Part shown: positions 46,906 to 58,105 of the stretch, piece by piece
How positions within the stretch are numbered: position 1 is the stretch's first letter
How the letters are laid out: every line of letters starts with the position of its first letter
Assembly: GCA_963803805.1 (NCBI GenBank)
Contig: CAWDOD010000004.1
Span: 384,001-448,000, forward strand
Reading direction: 5' to 3'
From: an uncultured cyanobacterium
GTDB lineage: Bacteria; Cyanobacteriota; Cyanobacteriia; Cyanobacteriales; CAWCAG01
Length of the DNA stretch: 64,000 nucleotides
Program-made: the position numbers and the translations under genes
Notes under the pieces: generated by a model
What the model was told of the DNA's origin: nothing
What the model saw: the letters and a program-made list of their open reading frames with translations, nothing else
The model's database searches: none

Positions 46906-47400
46906 ATGTACAGTATGAGCGATGGTGCAAAAGTTGCCAGACAAGCAACCAGAGACATTGAAACCTGGCTGCGGAGTATCTCTCAAACTCTTAGTGTCGT
47001 TAACGTAGAAGATGATCCTCTGTATCAAAAAGTAGATGTAGATTTAATCCTAAATACAAAAAAAGGTTCCTACAAAATTGAGATAAAAGGCGATCGCTAC
47101 CATAAAACAGGCAACTTTTTCTTTGAAACCCACAGTAACCAGGAAAAAGAAACTCCCGGCTGCTTTCTTTATACTGAAGCCGACTGGATTTTTTACTACT
47201 TCGTTATTCCTGGCACTCTTTACCTGCTACCTATGCCAACAACAAGAGATTGGTTTGTTGCTAACATTACCCGCTTTCAAGAAAGAGCAACCACTACCAA
47301 AACTGGTAACAGTTTTTATACTACCCTAGGAAGACTGGTTCCTATTACCGATGTCCGCACAGAAGTAGAAAAAGTACAGCAATTTAGTCTCCCAAAATGA
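46906..47400 (+). CDS. PD-(D/E)XK nuclease-like hypothetical protein
   Basis: YQKVDVD...IEIKGD...TGNFFFE. Confidence 0.6.
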   Translation: MYSMSDGAKVARQATRDIETWLRSISQTLSVVNVEDDPLYQKVDVDLILNTKKGSYKIEIKGDRYHKTGNFFFETHSNQEKETPGCFLYTEADWIFYYFVIPGTLYLLPMPTTRDWFVANITRFQERATTTKTGNSFYTTLGRLVPITDVRTEVEKVQQFSLPK

Positions 47401-47403
47401 AAA

Positions 47404-47916
47404 CTAGTCGGGTAAGCTAGACTTAAACTGTTCTAAAGCCATAGGAGTGAGGGTAACTTTAATATCTAATTGTTGCTTCTTGTCTCGCATCAAAAAAACA
47501 AAATTCTCTCCCACTTTATCCCCGACAAATTGCGGATCTTTTAGTTCAATTTTTTGATAAATAAGCTGGGGATTAGCGATGCGGATCACGATTTGAGGCT
47601 GAGATTGTGGATAGACATAAAGTTTCTGATTTTTGGGGTCAAAAGTAAGCTGGCGGGGAGTCATATTACGCTCATCTTCAGAACCAGATTTGCGCCAATA
47701 CAAAGTGATACCACGAACTTGAGGATTTTCAATAGTTAACTTTTCATCAAACTTCTGCTTTTCCCAATTGATATCACTCAGACTGCCACTTTCCGGGATT
47801 AATCTTTGGGCCCAGGCAATCTCTCCTAAGCTTTCCCACCACTGACTAATAGTAGCAAAATTCTCTGCTCCTTGAGGATCATTACTATTAGCCTCCCAAG
47901 TAAATTGCTCTTCCAT
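47404..47916 (-). CDS. Conserved cyanobacterial hypothetical protein
   Basis: Clean 170-aa ORF filling the gap. Confidence 0.7.
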   Translation of the reverse strand: MEEQFTWEANSNDPQGAENFATISQWWESLGEIAWAQRLIPESGSLSDINWEKQKFDEKLTIENPQVRGITLYWRKSGSEDERNMTPRQLTFDPKNQKLYVYPQSQPQIVIRIANPQLIYQKIELKDPQFVGDKVGENFVFLMRDKKQQLDIKVTLTPMALEQFKSSLPD

Positions 47917-48002
47917 AATTTTCGGCTCATCAAAAGATTTTTTTAACTTAGAATTATTGCTAGTTTAATCTCTCGTGCTACAATAACAAAGGACTGAAAA
48001 AA

Positions 48003-48076
48003 CGGGGCGTAGCGCAGCTTGGTAGCGCACCACTTTGGGGTAGTGGGGGTCGTGGGTTCAAATCCCGCCGCTCCGA
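48003..48076 (+). tRNA. tRNA-Pro (GGG)
   Basis: CGGGGCG acceptor; anticodon arm CCACT-TTGGGGT-AGTGG; T-loop GTTCAAATC; CCA not encoded. Confidence 0.97.
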
Positions 48077-48104
48077 CTTAACAAATCGACAAAAAGCACC
48101 CCAA

Positions 48105-48146
48105 AAAAGCTTTCTCATTTTTACAATATGGGAAGGCTTTTGTTTT
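48105..48146 (+). terminator. Terminator-like hairpin after tRNA-Pro
   Basis: AAAAGCTTTCTCAT / ATGGGAAGGCTTTT then GTTTT. Confidence 0.55.
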
Positions 48147-48261
48147 CAAGAGTTAATAGTTTTCTCCTTAGATAGCAGACAACAACTAACCCTTGACCTA
48201 ATATTATGAATATTTAGCCGGATTTAGATATTCTCTTAAAAGGAACAAGCAAGGAACAAGC

Positions 48262-49752
48262 ATGGCATCCATTCGCGAGTTGCACAAACAACTGGTTCGT
48301 AAAGAACGCTCAGCAGTTGAAGTTACCACAGAAACTTTAGAGCATATAAAGGCCTTAGAGCCGAAACTCCAAAGCTTTTTGTGTATAACAGCAGATTTAG
48401 CCCTAGAAACCGCAAAACAGGTGGATGCGAAAATTGCTGCTGGGGAAGAAATTAGCTTACTAGCAGGAATTCCCATTGGCATAAAAGACAATATGTGTAC
48501 CCAAGGTATTCCTACTACCTGCGCTTCCCAAATCTTAAAAAACTTTGTCCCTGCTTACGAATCAACAGTTACCCAAAAATTAAAGAATGCGGGGGCTGTT
48601 ATGGTTGGCAAAACTAACTTAGATGAATTTGCCATGGGTAGTTCCACAGAAAACTCTGGCTACCAAACTACTAGCAATCCTTGGGATTTATCACGAGTAC
48701 CAGGAGGCTCCTCTGGAGGCTCAGCAGCAGCCGTCGCTAGTCAAGAATGTGTGGTTGCCCTTGGTTCCGATACAGGTGGCTCCATTCGTCAGCCTGCCTC
48801 CCTGTGTGGGGTTATTGGCATGAAACCTACCTACGGTTTAGTTTCCCGTTACGGTTTAGTTGCCTATGCCTCTTCTTTAGATCAAATTGGTCCTTTAGCC
48901 ACCTGCGTTGACGATGCAGCTATTTTATTGGGGGCGATCGCCGGTTACGATCCCATGGACTCCACTAGTTTAAAGGTGGAAATTCCCGACTATAGCAATT
49001 TGCTTAAACCGAACTTTCAGCCTAAAGGAAGATTGAGAATTGGCGTAATTAAAGAAACCTTTGGTAGCGCCGTAGATTCAGCCGTAGAAGAAGCAGTCAA
49101 AACCGCTATTGAGAAGTTGCAAGAATTAGGGGCAGAAATTCAAGTAATTTCCTGTCCTCGCTTTCGTTACGGCTTGCCAGCTTACTATATTATTGCCCCT
49201 AGTGAAGCCTCTGCTAACCTAGCCCGTTACGACGCTGTTAAATATGGCATACGCAGCGATGCAGACAATCTCCTTGATATGTATACCCAAACCAGGGCTG
49301 AAGGGTTTGGTACAGAAGTTAAACGGCGAATCATGCTCGGAACCTATGCCCTTTCTGCTGGTTATTATGATGCTTATTATCTCAAGGCCCAAAAAGTTCG
49401 TACCTTAATTAAACAAGATTTTGAAGCAGCTTTTGAAAAGGTTGATATTTTGGTTTGTCCCACTTCTCCTACCACCGCCTTTAAAGCTGGGGAAAAAACC
49501 ACCGATCCTCTAAGTATGTATGCCTCTGATCTGATGACAATTCCTGTTAATTTAGCAGGCTTACCTGCCCTCAGCATACCCTGTGGCTTTGATAAACAGG
49601 GATTGCCCATCGGGATGCAATTTATTGGTAAAGTGCTACGAGAAGATTTGTTACTGCAAGTTGCTTATGCCTATGAGCAATCTACGGATTGGCATTTTAG
49701 CAAAGCACCTATTTCAATAATGCCTAACGGCAACGGCAAAGCCTTACAATGA
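48262..49752 (+). CDS. gatA: Asp/Glu-tRNA amidotransferase subunit A
   Basis: [45 protein letters not shown]. Confidence 0.97.
   Translation: MASIRELHKQLVRKERSAVEVTTETLEHIKALEPKLQSFLCITADLALETAKQVDAKIAAGEEISLLAGIPIGIKDNMCTQGIPTTCASQILKNFVPAYESTVTQKLKNAGAVMVGKTNLDEFAMGSSTENSGYQTTSNPWDLSRVPGGSSGGSAAAVASQECVVALGSDTGGSIRQPASLCGVIGMKPTYGLVSRYGLVAYASSLDQIGPLATCVDDAAILLGAIAGYDPMDSTSLKVEIPDYSNLLKPNFQPKGRLRIGVIKETFGSAVDSAVEEAVKTAIEKLQELGAEIQVISCPRFRYGLPAYYIIAPSEASANLARYDAVKYGIRSDADNLLDMYTQTRAEGFGTEVKRRIMLGTYALSAGYYDAYYLKAQKVRTLIKQDFEAAFEKVDILVCPTSPTTAFKAGEKTTDPLSMYASDLMTIPVNLAGLPALSIPCGFDKQGLPIGMQFIGKVLREDLLLQVAYAYEQSTDWHFSKAPISIMPNGNGKALQ
49720..49748 (+). repeat. Small dispersed repeat copy inside the gatA 3' end
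   Basis: ATGCCTAACGGCAACGGCAAAGCCTTACA. Confidence 0.75.
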
Positions 49753-49868
49753 TCATTGATTCAGTATATGGCTTGCGGTTATTCATTGTGTTAGGTTTTT
49801 TGCGAGTGCAGTTGAGGGCAGTGTCGTAAACTTGATTTGCATTGTACTGGTCAGGATTGATACAAGAA

Positions 49869-51389
49869 ATGGAAGATTGGACTCAGGGTTACGTTGCCGA
49901 TGTCAGCTATGACTATAGTTTTTTTCCCGAACTAGCCCCCATTAACATTGCTTTCAACCTTCTAGATAGTCGGTTTTGGCCGCCATCCCTAGAGAAAGTT
50001 AACTACTGTGAGTTAGGCTGTGGCCAAGGGTTCACAACCAATGTCCTAGCCGCTGCTAACCCACAGAGTGAATTCTGGGGACTCGACTTCAATCCCACCC
50101 ATGCAGCAGAAGCCCAGCGTCTCGCTGAAGCTGCTAACCTCAAGAATATCCACTTCTGTGATCAGAGTTTTGCAGAGTTTCTCAAAACGGATACGCCTCA
50201 ATTTGACTTCATCACCTTACATGGCGTGTATTCCTGGATTAACGATGATAATCGACGTATTCTTGTTGACTTACTGCGACAAAAACTGAAATTTGGAGGT
50301 GCTGTTTATCTCAGCCATAATACCCTACCAGGTTGGTCAGCAATAATGCCTTTAAGAGAACTCATGGTGCAATATGCAGGTAGCACCAGTAATTCAAGTA
50401 TTGGGAAGGTAGAAAAAGGACTTAAATTTGCTCAACATCTCCAAACCCTTAAAGCTAGATATTTCCTAGAAAATCCTGTGGTTAAGCAAGATTTAAAAGA
50501 GATGCAGGGAGATTCCCGAAATTACCTAGCCCATGAATACTTCAACAATAATTGGCGACCTTTATACCATTTTGAAGTGGCACAGCAACTGGCTGAGGCT
50601 AAACTCACCTTTGCTACCTCAGCAGATATTGATGATCAATTCCATGATCTGAAACTGGATAAAAGTCAGTTAAATCTTTTGTCAGAGACGACAGATTTAA
50701 CCCTACGTCAAACTATCAGAGACTTTTTATTCAATACTCGCTTTCGCAGGGATCTTTATATCAAGGGGCCAATTAAGCTACCAGCTTTGGAACAAGTTGA
50801 AATTCTCAGTAATTTTCGCTTTGCTCTAGTTGTTGATCCAGAAGATATCGAATATGAAATTGACCTTGTTGGTCGCCCAATTAGGCTGGATCAGAAAATC
50901 TATCAACCTCTGATTGCGGCCCTAGCAGAGCGTCCCCAGACCCTCAGAGAGCTGATGAGACAACCTGCTTTAACAAAGCTAGATTTCGCCTCTATTGTGC
51001 AAGCACTGAAAATATTGATAACCAACTATAGTGCTGTTCCTGCCTTACCAGAGGAAGGGGAAGCGGAGCGGAAAGAGTCTGTAGCTGGCTTTAATGCTGC
51101 TGTCCTGAAGCGGGCTAGGTTTGGGGCCGATACACAAATTCTTGCCTCACCAACGACGGGAAGTGGCATCGATATTAGTCGCTCTGAACAACTCCTGCTG
51201 TTGGCTCATCTGCGTCAGGGAGATCCGGTGCAGTTTATCTGGAATATTTTGCAGGTTCAAGGAGAAAGGCTGATTAAAGATGGCAAACCTCTAGATTCCC
51301 CAGAGGCGAATCAAGCTGAGTTAAAGGAGCAGATTCAACAATTTGGAAGGACCCGTTTACCCTTACTAAAGCGTTTAGGATTAGTCTAA
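49869..51389 (+). CDS. Class I SAM methyltransferase with methyltransferase-regulatory domain
   Basis: WTQGYV, ELGCGQG, DFNPTH, FDFITLHGVYSW, YLAHEYFN, FRRDLY; likely start ATG 49869. Confidence 0.88.
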   Translation: MEDWTQGYVADVSYDYSFFPELAPINIAFNLLDSRFWPPSLEKVNYCELGCGQGFTTNVLAAANPQSEFWGLDFNPTHAAEAQRLAEAANLKNIHFCDQSFAEFLKTDTPQFDFITLHGVYSWINDDNRRILVDLLRQKLKFGGAVYLSHNTLPGWSAIMPLRELMVQYAGSTSNSSIGKVEKGLKFAQHLQTLKARYFLENPVVKQDLKEMQGDSRNYLAHEYFNNNWRPLYHFEVAQQLAEAKLTFATSADIDDQFHDLKLDKSQLNLLSETTDLTLRQTIRDFLFNTRFRRDLYIKGPIKLPALEQVEILSNFRFALVVDPEDIEYEIDLVGRPIRLDQKIYQPLIAALAERPQTLRELMRQPALTKLDFASIVQALKILITNYSAVPALPEEGEAERKESVAGFNAAVLKRARFGADTQILASPTTGSGIDISRSEQLLLLAHLRQGDPVQFIWNILQVQGERLIKDGKPLDSPEANQAELKEQIQQFGRTRLPLLKRLGLV

Positions 51390-51457
51390 TTTAGTTCTTG
51401 GTAATACCTGAATAAATTTGTGGGTTACTGATATAGAATAATAGATTAAAAAACAAC

Positions 51458-53359
51458 TTACTCCACAGTCACTGACTTAGCTAAATTACGAGGCTGATCC
51501 ACATCTAAACCCCGCCTTGCCGCAATGTGATAGGAAAGCAGTTGTAAAGGAATAACTGCCAGGATTGGGGAAAGTAACTCTTCTACTACTGGAACAGATA
51601 GAATATCATCAAAAGTTTCCACTGCTTCAGAGTCTTCCCCTGGGGCAACACCAATTAAGCGAGAATCCCTTGCCTTGGCTTCTTGGGCATTAGAAATCAC
51701 TTTCTCATAAACCATTCCTGGCATAGCGATCGCCACTACAGGAACTTTATCATCCAACAGGGCAATGGGACCATGTTTCATTTCTCCAGCAGGGTAGCCT
51801 TCAGCGTGAATGTAGCTGATTTCTTTGAGTTTCAAAGCCCCTTCTAAAGCAATGGGGTAGTTGATGCCTCTACCTAAAAAGATGAAGTCGCGGGTATCAC
51901 TAAATTCATGGGCTAACTCTTCAATTTGCGACTCTTGGGTAGTAAGAATTTCTTCCATTTGCCCTGGTAATTGCCGTAAACCAGCGATAATTACTCCTAA
52001 ACGTTCTGGGGTAATGGTTTTACGTTGATAAGCTAAATCTAAAGCAAGGAAGTAAAAAGCCATTAATTGGGCGTTGAAGGTTTTAGTTGCGGCGACACCA
52101 ATTTCAATACCGGCATGGGTATTAATAATTTGCCCTACCATTTGGGCAATAGTACTTTCAGGACGATTAGTAATACCTAACAAACGGGCTTGGAAATGGG
52201 GTTCTAAAGCTTTACGACGTTCCTTTTCCGTTTCTAAAGCGGCGATGGTATCGGCAGTTTCTCCTGACTGGGTTACGCCGATGGTGAGGGTATTCGCAGC
52301 GATGGGGGAAGGGGCATAACGAAATTCTGAGGAATATTGAACGATGGTGGGAATGCCTGCTAACTGTTCCAGAAGATATTTACCAACTAAACTAGCGTGC
52401 CAACTTGTGCCACAAGCGAGAATTTGGATTTGTTGAATATTTGCTACTAAGCCCTCATCTAAGGCTAAATTGATGGGAGCTACATCAGGATTTTCTTGAG
52501 GATGCCAGAGAGGGTTAAGATAAGCTTCGATACAAGTACGCACTACTCCTGGTTGCTCATAAATTTCTTTAAGCATATAGTGGCGGAAGCCTTGCTTTTC
52601 CACCAAGATGGGGTTTAAATCTAAAGTGCGAGGAGTTTTGCGGAGGCGGTTTCCCTCTAAATCGTAGACTTCTACTCCCATGGGAGTTAGTTTGGCAATT
52701 TCCCCATTTTCTAAGGTGAGGACGGCATGGGTATGGGGAACAATGGCGGGGGTATCAGAGGCACAGAAGAATTCTCCTTGTCCAAAACCAATGGATAAAG
52801 GTGCTTGTTGCCGCACAACAATTAATTCATCGGCGTAGTCAGCGCAAACCACAGCAATAGCAAAGGCTCCTTTAAGTTTACTAACAGCCATTCTTACGGC
52901 TTCTAAAAAGGGGCTAGGTTCGCGAAAATCAGTAGGAGGGGTTGCGGGCAAAAATTGGGAAATGAGGTGGGGAATAACTTCTGTGTCGGTTTCAGAGAGG
53001 AATTGGCAACCTTGCTTCTTCAGGCTTTCTCGTAGTTCCCGATAATTTTCCACAATACCATTTTGTACCACTGCTACTCGCTTTTTGGTATCTAAGTGGG
53101 GGTGGGCATTATGTTCTTCTGGTTTACCGTGGGTAGCCCAACGGGTATGTCCAATACCTATTTTTGCTGGGTTGACTTCCCTTTCTACTTTTTCTCGGAG
53201 ATTAAAAAGTTTACCCTTAGCCCGAACACAATTGATTTCTCCTTCTAATACCGTAGCTACTCCTGCTGAGTCATAACCGCGATATTCGAGTTTCTCCAAG
53301 CCTGCAATTAAGATGTCGGTAGCTACTTGAGTGCCGATATAGCCCACAATTCCACACAT
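51458..53359 (-). CDS. glmS: Glutamine--fructose-6-phosphate aminotransferase
   Basis: MCGIVG (true start 53359), EYRGYDSAG, GHTRWATHG, PRNLAKSVTVE. Confidence 0.98.
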   Translation of the reverse strand: MCGIVGYIGTQVATDILIAGLEKLEYRGYDSAGVATVLEGEINCVRAKGKLFNLREKVEREVNPAKIGIGHTRWATHGKPEEHNAHPHLDTKKRVAVVQNGIVENYRELRESLKKQGCQFLSETDTEVIPHLISQFLPATPPTDFREPSPFLEAVRMAVSKLKGAFAIAVVCADYADELIVVRQQAPLSIGFGQGEFFCASDTPAIVPHTHAVLTLENGEIAKLTPMGVEVYDLEGNRLRKTPRTLDLNPILVEKQGFRHYMLKEIYEQPGVVRTCIEAYLNPLWHPQENPDVAPINLALDEGLVANIQQIQILACGTSWHASLVGKYLLEQLAGIPTIVQYSSEFRYAPSPIAANTLTIGVTQSGETADTIAALETEKERRKALEPHFQARLLGITNRPESTIAQMVGQIINTHAGIEIGVAATKTFNAQLMAFYFLALDLAYQRKTITPERLGVIIAGLRQLPGQMEEILTTQESQIEELAHEFSDTRDFIFLGRGINYPIALEGALKLKEISYIHAEGYPAGEMKHGPIALLDDKVPVVAIAMPGMVYEKVISNAQEAKARDSRLIGVAPGEDSEAVETFDDILSVPVVEELLSPILAVIPLQLLSYHIAARRGLDVDQPRNLAKSVTVE

Positions 53360-53530
53360 GATCCCCTTCACTCCTACTCTGGTTTCGATTCAGACTTCAA
53401 ACATTTTAGGTGGTATTCGGGATAATTGATAATTGACAATTATTGAATCTGTGTGTCTTTTGATACCTTTACTAAATCAGCAAATAGCCATTAACGGGGA
53501 AATCTGACTGTTTGGGAAGGCGATCGCAAT

Positions 53531-55417
53531 TCAGCTATTCAAGTAAGTATAACTATTCAAACTACGCTCATAATTTTGCAGTAAAAGTCGCGACTCCGCT
53601 AAGGTAATCTTCTCTTCTTGCAGGGCTTTTTCTGTACGCTGACGAATCTTCTCTATTAAAGCTTGAGCATCATATTCTACATAACTGAGAACCTCAGCGA
53701 TTCCATCCCCTTTCACAACTCTTTCTACTTCATAACCTTTGGCTGTCGTTTTAATATGCACTAAATTAGTACTACCAAATAGGTTATGAAGATTGCCCAT
53801 AATTTCTTGATAAGCTCCAACTAAAAACATTCCTAAACAGTATTGAGAGTTATTTTTTAAGGGGTGAAGTTCTAAAAGGTTTTTAGGTTTATGGGTATCA
53901 ATGAATTGGTCAATTTTGCCGTCACTATCGCAAGTCAAGTCTGCCAGAAAGCCTTTTTGGGTGGGCTTTTCTCCTAAGCGATGGATGGGCATAATGGGAA
54001 AAAGTTGGTTAATTGCCCAGGTGTCAGGGGCTGAACGAAAAACAGAAAGGTTTATATGATAAATAGATGCTAAAGATTGAGCTAAATTCTGCAAATCTTC
54101 AGGAACATATTCTTGATGTTCGGTAATTTGAAAAATCTTTTCGCAACAAGCCCAATATAACTGTTCTGCCCTTGCCCTTTGTTGCAAACTTAAATAACCA
54201 AAACTAAATAAACTAATTGCTTCTTCTTTGAACTGAATAGCATCGTGGTAACTTTCTTGATAATTTTCTAGGTTAATTGTGTGATAAGTTTCCCAGAGAT
54301 TGCGAATAATTAAATGTTCTTTTTCGGTTAAAACTTGAGGTGGTTGAGAAAGGATATCACTGGTATCAAGAACATCAAAAATAAGTATCGATTGATGGGA
54401 AGCGATCGCCCTGCCACTTTCGCTAATCAAAATCGGCGCAGCTATATTTCTTTCTTCACAAACTTCAGATACTTCTGCCACAATATCGTTGGCATAGTTT
54501 TGCATATTATAGTTTTTGGAACCATGAAAGTTCGTTTTAGAGCCATCATAATCTACTCCCAAACCACCACCCACATCAAGGTATTGCATATTTGCCCCTA
54601 ACTTCACTAGTTCCCCGTAAATCTGACTAGCTTCGCGAATAGCATCTTTAATGACACTAATGGCGGAAATTTGCGAACCAATATGGAAGTGAAGAAGTTG
54701 CAAACAGGACAACATTTCTGCTTTGTCTAATTGCTTAACCACTTCTAAAATTTGCGGTATGGTTAAGCCGCACTTTGCCCCGTCTCCAGTAGAATTGCCC
54801 CAATGCCCTGAACCTCTACTGTTGAGTTTCGCCCTTACCCCCAAAGTGGGGGCAATACCTAGTTTTTGACTAATTTCTAAAACTAAAGCTAATTCCGATT
54901 GCTGTTCAATGACAATTACCGGATTTTGCCCTAGACGCTTTGCTAACAAGGCAGTTTCTAAGTAGGCATAGTCTTTATAGCCATTACAAATTAATAGTGC
55001 TTCTGAAGGTTCTAAAGTTGCTAGGGCGATGGTTAATTCTGGTTTTGAACCTGTTTCTAAACCAAACTGGTAGGGTTTACCAAAATGAACTAAATCTTCA
55101 ATGAGATAGCTATGTTGATTGCATTTAACCGGATAAACACCGCGATAGGTATTTGGATAGTTATATCTAGCGATCGCCTTAGCAAAACAGCTATTTAAAC
55201 GTTTGAGGCGAGTAGCCAGGATATCCGGGAAGCGAATCAGTAAAGGAAGTTCAATATCCCTTTCTTGTAAGGATTGTACCAATTCCCACAAATCTAAAAC
55301 CTGACTGGAATCCCCTTGAGGAGAAACTATCACATGACCATGAGAATTAATACTAAAGTAAGGTTCTCCCCAACTTTGAATGCGATATAATTTTTGACTA
55401 TCTTCAATAGACCACAT
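53531..55417 (-). CDS. speA: Biosynthetic arginine decarboxylase
   Basis: YPVKCNQ, HFHIGSQ, DVGGGLGVDYDGS, ESGRA, TCDSDG, HNLFG. Confidence 0.96.
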   Translation of the reverse strand: MWSIEDSQKLYRIQSWGEPYFSINSHGHVIVSPQGDSSQVLDLWELVQSLQERDIELPLLIRFPDILATRLKRLNSCFAKAIARYNYPNTYRGVYPVKCNQHSYLIEDLVHFGKPYQFGLETGSKPELTIALATLEPSEALLICNGYKDYAYLETALLAKRLGQNPVIVIEQQSELALVLEISQKLGIAPTLGVRAKLNSRGSGHWGNSTGDGAKCGLTIPQILEVVKQLDKAEMLSCLQLLHFHIGSQISAISVIKDAIREASQIYGELVKLGANMQYLDVGGGLGVDYDGSKTNFHGSKNYNMQNYANDIVAEVSEVCEERNIAAPILISESGRAIASHQSILIFDVLDTSDILSQPPQVLTEKEHLIIRNLWETYHTINLENYQESYHDAIQFKEEAISLFSFGYLSLQQRARAEQLYWACCEKIFQITEHQEYVPEDLQNLAQSLASIYHINLSVFRSAPDTWAINQLFPIMPIHRLGEKPTQKGFLADLTCDSDGKIDQFIDTHKPKNLLELHPLKNNSQYCLGMFLVGAYQEIMGNLHNLFGSTNLVHIKTTAKGYEVERVVKGDGIAEVLSYVEYDAQALIEKIRQRTEKALQEEKITLAESRLLLQNYERSLNSYTYLNS

Positions 55418-55442
55418 GAGGGATAGTTATCAGTTATCAATG

Positions 55443-55470
55443 ATGCCTAACGGCAACGGCAAGCCGAACA
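55443..55470 (+). repeat. Small dispersed repeat copy
   Basis: ATGCCTAACGGCAACGGCAAGCCGAACA embedded in heptamer-like repeats. Confidence 0.8.
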
Positions 55471-55561
55471 ATGATCAGTTACTAGCAACTAGCCATTGAT
55501 CATTTTATTAACAAAGAATAAACTGATATGGTCACATTATCGAACATTTAGTAGGTAAAGG

Positions 55562-56191
55562 GTGAGAGCATCAATGCTCAGTTCAACAAATAATTCTCTA
55601 CCAAAACAAGAAAGTCCTAATATTGTCAAAAAGCTAGTCAGTCATTATCCTGTGGCTTTTTTTACTACCATAGGCATTTCCGTAGCCATTGTGGGAATTA
55701 GTGCTATGACTGCACTATTAGATCCTGGGGAAATTGAACCTCCTGCTTCGCGATCTTTACCTTCCCCAACAGTTTTTGAAGAACCTGAACCAGAATATAA
55801 TCTACCTCCTTTGTGGTTAATTGGGGCGATTATAACTAGTGGAGTAGTGGGTGTTGTTTTGGTGAGGCAGGGCTGGAAACATAAAGCTTTGTTAATTAAG
55901 CCCCTCAAAAACTTAAAATTCAACCTGCCCAAACCGCAGAAGAAGCGGCGAATTGTTCGTAAAAAGCGCCCGAAAGCAAGTTTAAACCTGCCTCAGATTT
56001 CTGCTGGTTATAATCAACAACCAAACCTAGAACCACAAGTTACAGTACTACCTCCTCATCAACCCAACTCTTTAGATGACAAAAAACAAACTTTAGCCGA
56101 AGAAATGGACTTGCGTAAGGAGTATTCTCTGATTTCCTTAATGCGGACAGGAGAACTTAAAAAATCTCAGCAAATAGAATTAACCCCTTGA
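55562..56191 (+). CDS. Hypothetical 2-TM cyanobacterial protein
   Basis: Two TM; VTVLPP...LD...LAEEMDLRK tail. Confidence 0.7.
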   Translation: MRASMLSSTNNSLPKQESPNIVKKLVSHYPVAFFTTIGISVAIVGISAMTALLDPGEIEPPASRSLPSPTVFEEPEPEYNLPPLWLIGAIITSGVVGVVLVRQGWKHKALLIKPLKNLKFNLPKPQKKRRIVRKKRPKASLNLPQISAGYNQQPNLEPQVTVLPPHQPNSLDDKKQTLAEEMDLRKEYSLISLMRTGELKKSQQIELTP

Positions 56192-56263
56192 CAGAAGAAT
56201 AATTCTCATCTTAACTCCTAGTATCGATATGGGCTGCGATCGCTCTTTCTATATAGGAAGGTT

Positions 56264-57508
56264 TTGGCTATGGGTAATCCTTTTACTAATTGGTTGTATT
56301 CTCTTAAGTTTCGTGGTGCTTTGAAACAAGGCAACGAAAGAAAAGCGAAACAAATTTTGCAGGAAAGGGAAGGGGCAGGGGCTAAACTTTCTTTGTTACA
56401 ACAGATTTATCGTAAACAGTTAAAGACAGAACAATCTTTAGATTTTTATAAGCGAGAGTTAGCCACAGCATCAGGGCGTTGGCAACATGATTTACCAGAA
56501 GAAGTTTCTCAACCGAGGCAAGAAAATTTAGTTTCTCCCAACTCAGAATTTATTCATTTTATTCATACAAGCTACAAAATTGTTCAACAAGGTGAACATG
56601 AATTGCTTTGTACCGGCATAGAAAAACGAACTTTTAGAGAGTTTGAATCAGCCTTAGCAGACTTTCTACAAAAAGAATTTGCTAAAGTGCCAGAAAGCAG
56701 ACTTAAAGAAGAATTGAGTTTAGCTATAAACGATTTCCAACATGAACAAGAATATAATTTTAAGCTTAGTCCTCACACTTACTTAATGAGCGGTTTTTTG
56801 GATAATGTTTATAGTAATTATCTCGCTTGGTTTTTGATTTATGAAGCAGGTTTAATGCCCCAAACTATTCGGTTACTAGATATCGGGGCAGGGGTAGGAA
56901 ATGTAGTTTACGGGTTGGCTTTACTTTTAGAAAGTACTAAATATTTTTCAAGGATGCCACGTTTACATATTTCCTATTACTCGTTAGAAAAACAATCTTT
57001 GCTTCAATTAAGAGGATTGCAATTTTGGCGCAATTACCTAGAATCACACCAAGCTGTAACTAATACTTATTTCCGCCTCGACACTACCGATATTCTTACC
57101 TATGATCCTAAAACCAGTTCTATACCTAATAATTTCTTCGATTTTATTGTTATTTCCCACTACTCTTTTTCAGAAGTAGCACAGCAAGAAAAAATTAATC
57201 AGATTTATCAACAAATTTGGCAAGCAAGTTTAGCCGATAACGGTTATGTTTTGCTTATAATAGATAGAAAAAATTTGGGGAGTGACCAAGATGATTCTCA
57301 AAAAGAAAGTTGTGATACAGAAGATAGTTTAATAATTCATTTACTAACAGAATTGGGTTTAAGTTTAGAATGGTATAAGCATATTAGTTCTACCCAAGAT
57401 AGTTTAGTAGAAAAACAATATCTTAATCCTCTTAAATCTCAATACTTACAAGAGGAAATCAAGCCATATTATAGCATTGATGACTATATAATTTTAGCTA
57501 AAAAGTAA
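56264..57508 (+). CDS. SAM-dependent methyltransferase-like protein with helical N-terminus
   Basis: LLDIGAGVG motif I; FDFIVISH; GYVLLII. Confidence 0.7.
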   Translation: MAMGNPFTNWLYSLKFRGALKQGNERKAKQILQEREGAGAKLSLLQQIYRKQLKTEQSLDFYKRELATASGRWQHDLPEEVSQPRQENLVSPNSEFIHFIHTSYKIVQQGEHELLCTGIEKRTFREFESALADFLQKEFAKVPESRLKEELSLAINDFQHEQEYNFKLSPHTYLMSGFLDNVYSNYLAWFLIYEAGLMPQTIRLLDIGAGVGNVVYGLALLLESTKYFSRMPRLHISYYSLEKQSLLQLRGLQFWRNYLESHQAVTNTYFRLDTTDILTYDPKTSSIPNNFFDFIVISHYSFSEVAQQEKINQIYQQIWQASLADNGYVLLIIDRKNLGSDQDDSQKESCDTEDSLIIHLLTELGLSLEWYKHISSTQDSLVEKQYLNPLKSQYLQEEIKPYYSIDDYIILAKK

Positions 57509-57518
57509 TACGACTCTG

Positions 57519-57541
57519 TTGACTATTGACTATTGACTATT
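57519..57541. repeat. Heptamer tandem repeat (TTGACTA) x3 at the end of the O-acetyltransferase gene
   Basis: Directly visible. Confidence 0.85.
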
Positions 57542-58105
57542 CCCTATTCCCTCTTTAATAACTCGACAAGGATTACCTACTGCAATAACATTATTTGGTA
57601 TATCCTTCGTCACAACACTACCTGCACCGATAGTTACATTTGAACCAATAGAAACTCCAGGACAAATAATTACTCCACCACCAATCCAAACATTATCTCC
57701 AACTTTAATAGGTGCAGCTAGTTCTTTACCAGACAATCTAACTTGGGGGTTAGTAGGATGATAAGCCGTATAAATTTGTACTTTTGGTGCTAATAAAACA
57801 TTATCTCCGAAGTGTACTGTATTGCAATCGAGAATTGTACAATCATAATTTGTATAAAAGTTATCACCAGCAAAAATATGACAGCCGTAATCACAGTAAA
57901 ACGGAGGATTAATGATGGGATTTGTACCAACTTTACCAAACAAACTACGAACAATCTCTTTTCGCTTATTTACTTCATGGGGTTGAGAAAAATTGAAAGA
58001 GTACATTAGCTGACACGCTTTTTCGTGCATCATTGCTAATTCTTTGTCTGTAGGCAAATATAACTCTTCGCTGAGCATTTTCTCCCTTTCTGTTTTTTCT
58101 TTCAT
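57530..58105 (-). CDS. maa: Maltose/galactoside O-acetyltransferase
   Basis: EKML, PFYCDYG, IYTAYHP, hexapeptide repeats, GNPCRVI. Confidence 0.88.
   Translation of the reverse strand: MKEKTEREKMLSEELYLPTDKELAMMHEKACQLMYSFNFSQPHEVNKRKEIVRSLFGKVGTNPIINPPFYCDYGCHIFAGDNFYTNYDCTILDCNTVHFGDNVLLAPKVQIYTAYHPTNPQVRLSGKELAAPIKVGDNVWIGGGVIICPGVSIGSNVTIGAGSVVTKDIPNNVIAVGNPCRVIKEGIGNSQ

Noticed and set aside
48003..48260. tRNA-Pro as an integration site
   Set aside because: No integrase or duplicated tRNA 3' end seen; gatA follows directly.
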